Shown piece by piece: positions 17,888-23,941 of a stretch of 64,000 nt of DNA. The notes under the pieces were generated by a model. That model worked only from the letters and a program-made list of their open reading frames with translations. It was not told the origin of the DNA and searched no databases. Origin of the DNA: a virus. The stretch lies in IMG/VR virus record IMGVR_UViG_3300035698_017305, positions 32,001 through 96,000 of that record; one strand, 5' to 3'. The stretch's first letter is position 1, and every line of letters starts with the position of its first letter. A program made the position numbers and the translations under genes.

Positions 17888-19606
17888 TTAGGCTGCTCTA
17901 TCGTCTACGGGCAGTGGTGTGTCCATGATCTCTTGCAGAGTGTTCCTAAGAGTTCTGCGAGACAGGAACCTGATAACATCCGGGACCGCAATGAGGTCAG
18001 TGCTGTCGTCCAGGTTGAACACTTGAATGGCGGTGCCAGCGGTGGCCGCAGCATCACGTACACAGCGGTGTCTCTTGTCTTCCAGACTGCCCCACCTTCC
18101 CAGTTTAATCAAGCAAATACTTACCTCATCTGATCCAGGAGGAGCCGTCTCCAGATACTTGGGCCACACATCCGGGAACCGAGGAGCACTATTCTCTCCT
18201 TCATCCGTGATGATAATGACGTTTTCCGCAAAGTCACCACTCCTCATCATCTCGTCGATGCCTACACCAACAGAGGTGGATCCAAGTGCTCTTACCCTAC
18301 GGAACGCCGTAGTCCAGTCCTGTAGCGTACCTCTGCCCGGTACATTGATCTTGTCGGCTTTCACCTCGAAGGTGTATGTGTGCAGAGGAGTACCCGCAAC
18401 CATGGAGGCCGAAATCATAGACCCCAAGGTCTTGGCCAGCTCGATTGCAGCACCCATGGACGTACTACAGTCAACCAGAAGAACGGTCGGCTTGTTGATA
18501 ACCTTCTTGACGCGGGCGTCAGACACTTGGAGAATTTTCTCCTTGATATCTGCGCTGACAGCGGTAGATTCCGCAGCTTTCACCGCCTTTAAGGTATCAA
18601 CCCGACCAGACTTCTTGGCCTTCTTCAGTCGAGACTCCAAGAGCTTGGCAAGGTCCGGGTTGTCCCATGCACCTTTCTTCCTGAATGCTTCCACATTCAT
18701 CAGAAGCTCCTGAGGAGACATTACACTGATCAGTGCTGCCATAACAGCAGGAGTCTGAGTAGTCACCGAGCCTACCGCGATTGGGTAGGGGATTTTGTAC
18801 TTGGCGATCAATTCAGCCTGCTCAGCAGGGTCACTTGTGGTACTCAGCACCTTCTGGTAGTACAGCTTAGGAGTCCTGTGTTCGAGTGGATTCTTCTCAA
18901 ACAGGGCTGACTGTACCCATCCAACTGGTGGTGTATGCGTCCAACTGTACAGAGACTTCAGTGCGCTACCAGCTCTGACAGCGATGGCATCAAACATTTC
19001 TGTGTTGTCCTCCAGGTCACGGAGTAGGCCACCCACAACCTTGCTGACCCTCTTAGGAATGTTCTTAGCTCCCGGGATACCGGTTACCTGGAACACTGAG
19101 GTCATGTAGGTGCCGTCCCGATTCTTCTCAAACCGGAGGTCTGCATCTTTTGCTCTGGGAATCTTGGCTTTGACCAACCTCAGGAATGCTTCCCGTTCCG
19201 TAGCCGTGGAAGTGCCGTTCCGTAGCTTTGGGTTTAGGTCCGTCTTTGCCTTCATGATGTCCTTGTCGTCAGACAATTTCACCACAACCTTACCTTCCTT
19301 GAGCAGGTTGATGATCCGGTGAATCTCATACACTGGGAACCTGGGCAGTAAGGCAGCCCCAACATCCCTGAACAGGACGTCATCAGGCATACCTCGGAGT
19401 AAGTACGCTGTCATCAGTTCCTTGTGATCCCGGATCTCCGTGTTGTCCATGGCCCATACAGCGAGGTGGGCGAAGAATTCCGGGTCCGCTTCGAACATTG
19501 TCCGGAATAACTCATGAGATCCCTTGCCGATATTCCGGTGTGGAGTACTCATGAAAGCCTTTAGCATGTCCAATCGGACATCAGCTTCTCTGGTTTCGGT
19601 CGCCAT
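17888..19606 (-). CDS. TROVE-domain (Ro60/Rsr-like) RNA-binding protein with C-terminal vWA
   Basis: 572 aa; 'DVRLDMLKAFMSTPHR', 'DPEFFAHLAVW', 'YKIPYPIAVG', 'MSPQEL'; vWA 'LLVDCSTSM' and 'IIITDEGEN'. Confidence 0.8.
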   Translation of the reverse strand: MATETREADVRLDMLKAFMSTPHRNIGKGSHELFRTMFEADPEFFAHLAVWAMDNTEIRDHKELMTAYLLRGMPDDVLFRDVGAALLPRFPVYEIHRIINLLKEGKVVVKLSDDKDIMKAKTDLNPKLRNGTSTATEREAFLRLVKAKIPRAKDADLRFEKNRDGTYMTSVFQVTGIPGAKNIPKRVSKVVGGLLRDLEDNTEMFDAIAVRAGSALKSLYSWTHTPPVGWVQSALFEKNPLEHRTPKLYYQKVLSTTSDPAEQAELIAKYKIPYPIAVGSVTTQTPAVMAALISVMSPQELLMNVEAFRKKGAWDNPDLAKLLESRLKKAKKSGRVDTLKAVKAAESTAVSADIKEKILQVSDARVKKVINKPTVLLVDCSTSMGAAIELAKTLGSMISASMVAGTPLHTYTFEVKADKINVPGRGTLQDWTTAFRRVRALGSTSVGVGIDEMMRSGDFAENVIIITDEGENSAPRFPDVWPKYLETAPPGSDEVSICLIKLGRWGSLEDKRHRCVRDAAATAGTAIQVFNLDDSTDLIAVPDVIRFLSRRTLRNTLQEIMDTPLPVDDRAA

Positions 19607-19653
19607 ATGACTTTCTCCTTTTCATTTCTGGACCGCTACCGTTTTATAGGTAT

Positions 19654-19714
19654 AAAAAAAGATCGCAGGAAGTCACCGAGGTAGGTCCAATACCACGGAA
19701 GTGCTTGCGATCTT
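19654..19714 (-). other. long hairpin followed by a U-tract between the RNA array and TROVE (terminator/attenuator or divergent small RNA)
   Basis: Minus strand AAGATCGCA...TGCGATCTT outer stem, inner CAC/GTG, CG/CG and GGT/ACC pairs, then TTTTT. Confidence 0.5.
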
Positions 19715-19746
19715 CCCCATGTGGGGACTGTCTAATGAATATGGTT

Positions 19747-19825
19747 AGAACAGCTAGCTAGTCGTGGGAACCGTTGTTTTTCGCCAAATGAAAATGTATG
19801 TTCCGACTGTAGGGCTAGCTGTTCT
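19747..19825 (-). ncRNA. unit 1: scaffold + isolated anticodon-like stem-loop
   Basis: Terminal stem AGAACAGCTAGC/GCTAGCTGTTCT; payload TTTTC-ATTTGGC-GAAAA (5 bp, 7-nt loop, central TTG). Confidence 0.75.
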
Positions 19826-19838
19826 TTTCTGACTTGGT

Positions 19839-19987
19839 TTCTGGGGTAGCGAGTCTGTAGGCCCAATTGATTTGTTAGTCTGATCCGTAGTCAGATGCCT
19901 TAACCACTTGGCCACATATGATTTCTCACATGATGGGATTCGAACCCACGTTAAAATGTATGGCCCACATGTAGGGCTACCCTAGAA
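19839..19987 (-). ncRNA. unit 2: scaffold + permuted tRNA-Arg(ACG)-like domain opened at the variable loop
   Basis: Order: T arm GTGGG-TTCGAAT-CCCAT; closed acceptor CATGTGA-GAAA-TCATATG; D arm GCC-AAGTGGTTAA-GGC; anticodon arm TCTGA-CTACGGA-TCAGA. Confidence 0.85.
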
Positions 19988-19999
19988 CTGTATAGTGTT

Positions 20000-20149
20000 T
20001 TTCGAGAGTGCTAGTCGAAGGACCCATTGTAAAACTGGATGCTCTACCATTGAGCTACTTGGGCTCAAGCCCAAGACAGGAATTGAACCTGCGCCTTCCC
20101 CTTGGTATGGGACGTTTGTGTATGGCCCGTCTGTAGGGCACTCTCGAAA
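20000..20149 (-). ncRNA. unit 3: scaffold + permuted tRNA-Gly(ACC)-like domain opened between D and anticodon arms
   Basis: Order: TCCC-ATACCAA-GGGG; AGGC; T arm GCAGG-TTCAATT-CCTGT; closed acceptor CTTGGGC-TTGA-GCCCAAG; D arm TA-GCTC-AATGGTA-GAGC. Confidence 0.8.
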
Positions 20150-20163
20150 TTGTGTATAAATGC

Positions 20164-20317
20164 TATGGAACTAGCGAGTCGTAAAGCCCATTGATCTTTA
20201 ATCGCTTGTGCTAAATACAAGTGCCTTTACCAATTTGGCCACTCTGGGTGAGCCCCAGAGGAAGGATTCGAACCTCCAAAATGATATGTATGGCTTAACT
20301 GTAGGGCTAATTCCATA
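20164..20317 (-). ncRNA. unit 4: scaffold + permuted tRNA-Leu-like domain opened before the T arm
   Basis: Order: T arm GGAGG-TTCGAAT-CCTTC; closed acceptor CTCTGGG-GCTCA-CCCAGAG; D arm GCC-AAATTGGTAAA-GGC; CTTGT-ATTTAGC-ACAAG; short variable-arm-like hairpin GAT-TAAAG-ATC. Confidence 0.8.
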
Positions 20318-20329
20318 TTGAAACTGTTA

Positions 20330-20469
20330 AGGTGCGGCTAGCTAGTCGAGAGACCCATATTAGGTACACCGAGGTGGAATTGAACCACCGACTTTTTGCT
20401 TAATAGGCAAATGCTCTATCCAACTGAGCTATTGGTATGTATGGCCTAACTGTAGGGCTAACCGAACCT
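20330..20469 (-). ncRNA. unit 5: scaffold + unpermuted tRNA-Asn(ATT)-like cloverleaf (20365-20438)
   Basis: ATACCAA / TA-GCTC-AGTTGGATA-GAGC / TTTGC-CTATTAA-GCAAA / AAGTC / GGTGG-TTCAATT-CCACC / TCGGTGT-A-CCT, attached to the scaffold through the acceptor end. Confidence 0.85.
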
Positions 20470-20492
20470 ATATTTGATTTCCAAAGAACTGA

Positions 20493-20664
20493 ACATTAGA
20501 GAAGATGGGGCAGCTAGTCGAGAGATCCCAAGTAACTTAACTAAGCTACTCCCCCGTAGTGGTGGGGGAGGCTGGAATTGAACCAGCGACACTTTACTTT
20601 CACGTAAATGCTCTACCATTGTTTGTATGATCCAACTGTAGGGCTACCTCATCATCTCTAATGT
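20493..20664 (-). ncRNA. unit 6: scaffold + permuted tRNA-Phe-like domain opened in the D loop, with internal ACCA
   Basis: Order: AATGGTA-GAGC; TTTAC-GTGAAA-GTAAA; GTGTC; T arm GCTGG-TTCAATT-CCAGC; CTCCCCC-ACCA-CTAC-GGGGGAG; TA-GCTT-AG. Confidence 0.85.
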
Positions 20665-20674
20665 CAAAGAATTA

Positions 20675-20810
20675 AACTGTGAGCGGGTAACTAGTCGAAG
20701 GGCCTTTGTAACGTTCTGCTTCATCAGCAGCCCCCGTATGGTGGAGGCTCAGGGAGTTAAACCCCGAACTGTTATGTACGGTCCCACTGTAGGGTTACCC
20801 CGTCACAGTT
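20675..20810 (-). ncRNA. unit 7: scaffold + permuted tmRNA/tRNA-Ala-like acceptor-T domain
   Basis: T arm CGGGG-TTTAACT-CCCTG; AGCCTCC-ACCA-TAC-GGGGGCT with G3:U70 and A73; no D stem. Begins at the stop codon of the upstream Ubl gene. Confidence 0.8.
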
Positions 20811-21036
20811 ATTTACCGAACTTACCGTCTGGCCTCAAGTGTACTGTGCCGGACGCTTCAAATGGGTCTGCAACAAACGAGTTGAATGTTGAGACGTCTT
20901 TGCTGAGTGCACCGGCTACTGCCAGCTTAAGGTCTGCTTCATCGAAGACATCTCCTAAGTCCAACTCCTCCACTGGGAGTGTTTGGGATTGTCCGTCAAC
21001 GAACACGTTTATGAATTGGAAGTTATTACGTTCCAT
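20809..21036 (-). CDS. small ubiquitin-like (beta-grasp) protein candidate (system 2), ends -KFG-K
   Basis: 75 aa from the ATG at 21036 (AAGGAG RBS); 'INVFVDGQSQTLP...LDLG...DLKLAVAGAL...VHLRPDGKFGK'. Co-oriented with TROVE-vWA-JAB-E1. Confidence 0.6.
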   Translation of the reverse strand: MERNNFQFINVFVDGQSQTLPVEELDLGDVFDEADLKLAVAGALSKDVSTFNSFVADPFEASGTVHLRPDGKFGK

Positions 21037-21083
21037 CTTGATCTCCTTATGGCGTACTTTATACCTGATTCTCAGATGGCCCG

Positions 21084-22103
21084 TCAAGAACTTTTTATTT
21101 TTGATTTCCCCCACATGACCGGTGCAGGTTTTCCGTCCTTGAGTATGGGCTTAGCCTTGTGTTTCTTCTTTGGCCTGGGGGGAGGGGCTGGTAGCTTGTC
21201 AGACTTCCTGATCTTATCCAACGTTAGCTTAGCCACGGCCTCTCCTATAGCCAGTGCCTGTGAGTCCCTGGGGAATAGATGGCGTTTACCATCAGATAAC
21301 CCGTAGTGCCGGTTACCTTCCCAGAATATATAGCTACCATCCCGTAGTTTACTGTAGTCTAGTGCTACGAAATCGTGTCCGAGCAGTTGGCCCGCCCGCA
21401 ATACTTGATCAGCATTAGGCTCACCGCCCCTCAAGAACATCCTGTCCTCGTGCAGGGCCTGTGGGTGTGTAAGTGTATCCCTCATGTGAACGTTCCACTT
21501 GTCAGCGACAACCAACTGGCGCAGAATCAGTTGATCTCCTATGACAAACGTTCTCCACTTCCGGTAGTATCCATCTTCACTCTGGTAATCTGCATACTTG
21601 ATAGCCAGGGTTAGCTTTACCCTACTGTCTTTGATTACCTTAGCCGCCTCTTTACTGTTGTGTACGAGGTGCATGTGACGGCCACCATGGTCACTGTCTC
21701 TTCTTAGAATGGCTGGGTAGCCAATAGATAGAGCAGTGAATGATGAGAACAGTTGATGCTGCGGAGTTGGGATACCATTATCTTCCCACACCCTATACAT
21801 CGTAGAGTGTTTGTTATCGAACTTACTGATTGGTTGTATCACAGGCAGGCCAATCTCGCGTGCCCGGACTTCTATCTGTTTGGCTTTGGAGAGGTACTCT
21901 TGCTTGGCTCCATACGACCAGAACAAGATCGCATCATAGTCGAACAACTTGGGCATGGCCGTGAACTGGGGACATATAGTTGTCCATTTCAGCCCAGCCT
22001 TTTGAAACCCGTCAGTCAGGGATTTACCTGCGGGGTTACGGGTAAACATCGCTTCTGTGTTAGTTACCACTAGAACTCTAGGTCCCTGACCGACTGGTGC
22101 CAT
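21084..22103 (-). CDS. ATP-grasp enzyme (paralog of 12184..13209)
   Basis: 'YPAILRRDSDHGG', 'YYRKWRTFVIG', 'FVALDYS', 'IFWEGN'. Confidence 0.8.
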   Translation of the reverse strand: MAPVGQGPRVLVVTNTEAMFTRNPAGKSLTDGFQKAGLKWTTICPQFTAMPKLFDYDAILFWSYGAKQEYLSKAKQIEVRAREIGLPVIQPISKFDNKHSTMYRVWEDNGIPTPQHQLFSSFTALSIGYPAILRRDSDHGGRHMHLVHNSKEAAKVIKDSRVKLTLAIKYADYQSEDGYYRKWRTFVIGDQLILRQLVVADKWNVHMRDTLTHPQALHEDRMFLRGGEPNADQVLRAGQLLGHDFVALDYSKLRDGSYIFWEGNRHYGLSDGKRHLFPRDSQALAIGEAVAKLTLDKIRKSDKLPAPPPRPKKKHKAKPILKDGKPAPVMWGKSKIKSS

Positions 22104-22107
22104 TATG

Positions 22108-22563
22108 TTATCCCCTCCACAAAGATTTGTGCCCTATTGGTACGATGGAACGAGCCCTGTCAACGATACCCTTTGCGCCAGGGTTCACGATCTTAAGGCT
22201 GTCGGTTCTCCTTAGACCCGCTAGGATAGCACGGGTGAAGGCCAGAGTCTCGCCTACTATTCTTTCTTCCCCATCCTCATCCACTTTGAGAGCGATACCG
22301 GTGGCAGTTCCAGTCGGTGTTGTGATGAAGCAGGTACGGATGCTGGATTTATCCGCATACCTCTTTAGTTTGAACTGTACATCAGATGCCTCCAGGCTTT
22401 CGACCGCGATCCTGTTCATCCTTTTCTGGATCTGTGGCCCTACCACCCCCAGAACTTCGGAGTCCTTTTCATCCACGAAGTCTTCCAGGATGTAGTTCAG
22501 GGTTCTCTTGACTGACCTTTGCGTTCGATGGTTGTGTGCGTGGTTTATTGCTCGTTGTCCCAT
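22108..22563 (-). CDS. hypothetical protein
   Basis: 151 aa ORF abutting its neighbours. Confidence 0.65.
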   Translation of the reverse strand: MGQRAINHAHNHRTQRSVKRTLNYILEDFVDEKDSEVLGVVGPQIQKRMNRIAVESLEASDVQFKLKRYADKSSIRTCFITTPTGTATGIALKVDEDGEERIVGETLAFTRAILAGLRRTDSLKIVNPGAKGIVDRARSIVPIGHKSLWRG

Positions 22564-22869
22564 TTACAATGCTCCTTTGTCTCGTAGCTCTTCAATGACT
22601 GCTTTTTGAATCCGCTTCTTTTTCAACGCTGGTGGCCTATCCACCACTACTCTCTTCTTGCTGCCATCAGGCACCAGGACTGTAGTGAACAGTGTCCGGG
22701 CCCTGGCCTTGGCTAATAACTCATCCTCAAATACATGGCATGCAACTTTTATCCCATCGACCAATATGGGAACAATCAGACCGTTTAACATAGAATACCT
22801 CCAAGTCTTGAACCTCTTATGGCGGGAACTGATCAGTTTTTCCTTGACAGATGAGTATGGTTTATTCAT
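22564..22869 (-). CDS. hypothetical protein
   Basis: 101 aa ORF abutting 22108..22563. Confidence 0.6.
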   Translation of the reverse strand: MNKPYSSVKEKLISSRHKRFKTWRYSMLNGLIVPILVDGIKVACHVFEDELLAKARARTLFTTVLVPDGSKKRVVVDRPPALKKKRIQKAVIEELRDKGAL

Positions 22870-22905
22870 ATACTTGAGTACTGTATATGTATAACCGGAG
22901 TTGGA

Positions 22906-23151
22906 ATGGCAAACGTAAAAGAGGGTGAAGGATACCAGAGGGAGTTGGACGAACTCCTAGATATACTGGATTCGAAGAAGAAAGCCCGTAGTGCTAACAA
23001 CCGTATAGCCCATTGTCCTAAGTGTGACTCAACAAAGTACCGTGTAAAAGTAGCAGGCAGAACAGTTACTTACACCTGCAAGGACTGTGGTGGGTCTTGG
23101 CAGGGAACCATGTTTTCACCTATGGGAGTTATAGCGAATGGCAGAGAATGA
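22906..23151 (+). CDS. zinc-ribbon protein
   Basis: HCPKCDS...YTCKDCG. Confidence 0.7.
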   Translation: MANVKEGEGYQRELDELLDILDSKKKARSANNRIAHCPKCDSTKYRVKVAGRTVTYTCKDCGGSWQGTMFSPMGVIANGRE

Positions 23152-23941
23152 GGGACCGACGATCCAAGATCTACTTGAGGCGACCAAAGGAAAGAGCGCC
23201 CCGCGTGGAGGAGCAGGTGCAGAGGATGGAGTTAAGAGGATAGTTAATCGTCCGGCTAAGGGGGGCGGATCCAAAATTGACCCTGAGGCGGCCATGGCTA
23301 TGCTGGAGGGCATGATTCAAAAGCAGGAAGGCTCACCTAGCATGTCGGAAGATGCATTGGAACAGCATCTAGATGAACAGCAGCACGTCCCAGAACCGGT
23401 AGCGGCAGTAGAACCGCAGGAGACTAACCCAACTGATGATCTCCAAATGGAGATGCTGGCGGAAGAGGAAGCTTTCGCAGAAGTCTCAGAGCATATTACA
23501 GCCCTTGTTTCAGACTATAGAAGGGAGGCCATCGAGAAGCGGTGCACCCCACTAGACGTGGAACAGCTCATTGTAAACGGTGAAGTGAGGCAAAGGGTCA
23601 TCGTGGTACCGGGTAAGTTCGAACCCACCTTCAGATCAAACAGCACCAGAGAAGACATGTTCATCAAAGAAGTGATGTTCGGAGTTACTGGGTCAGCCCA
23701 ATACATCCGGGACAAGTTCGCTTTGATGCAACTGACCCTCGGGGTTGTGGCAATTAACAACCAACCATTACCGTCTCACCTGGATGGGTCAGGTAGGCCG
23801 ACTAAGGATCTGTTCTGGGCTAAGTACGAAAAGACCCTGGACCTTCCTGCTACTCTCATTGCGGACTTGGCTGTCAACCACACATGGTTTAGCCAGCGAG
23901 CCCAAGGTCTGACAATATTCGACGAAGTAAAAAATGGTTAA
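23138..23941 (+). CDS. putative tail assembly chaperone (G-like)
   Basis: Acidic disordered N-terminus; ends ...EVKNG over the slippery A-AAA-AAT, whose -1 frame joins the next ORF. Confidence 0.55.
   Translation: MAENEGPTIQDLLEATKGKSAPRGGAGAEDGVKRIVNRPAKGGGSKIDPEAAMAMLEGMIQKQEGSPSMSEDALEQHLDEQQHVPEPVAAVEPQETNPTDDLQMEMLAEEEAFAEVSEHITALVSDYRREAIEKRCTPLDVEQLIVNGEVRQRVIVVPGKFEPTFRSNSTREDMFIKEVMFGVTGSAQYIRDKFALMQLTLGVVAINNQPLPSHLDGSGRPTKDLFWAKYEKTLDLPATLIADLAVNHTWFSQRAQGLTIFDEVKNG

Larger units (their letters stand above)
19747..20810 (-). repeat. array of seven scaffolded tRNA-mimic (Y RNA/YrlA-like) units
   Basis: Seven copies of CCCTACA-N7-C(A/G)TACA and (G/A)G-N7-GACT(A/C)G, each closed by its own inverted-repeat stem and separated by 10-23 nt mostly AT-rich spacers. 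Confidence 0.9.

Noticed and set aside
20022-20040. Second anticodon arm in unit 3 (TCCAG-TTTTACA-ATGGG)
   Set aside because: Weak pairing that competes with the conserved scaffold TGG helix.
20164-20317. Ochre suppressor (TTA anticodon in unit 4) implying an alternative genetic code
   Set aside because: TAA is the usual stop of coupled genes and ORFs are long under the standard code; the unit is permuted with A32/C38 and is probably a Leu(TAG)-derived mimic.
19747-20810. CRISPR array
   Set aside because: The conserved parts are two short boxes within stems, not 25-45 nt direct repeats; inserts are tRNA-derived and vary widely in length; no cas genes in the window.
19747-20810. TIGR or bridge-RNA guide array (two 7-nt variable segments between boxes)
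   Set aside because: The two segments pair with each other and covary, as expected for a helix rather than independent guides, and the CCA-spacer-TG box order is absent. Kept only as a speculative ligand for the Nop-domain protein.
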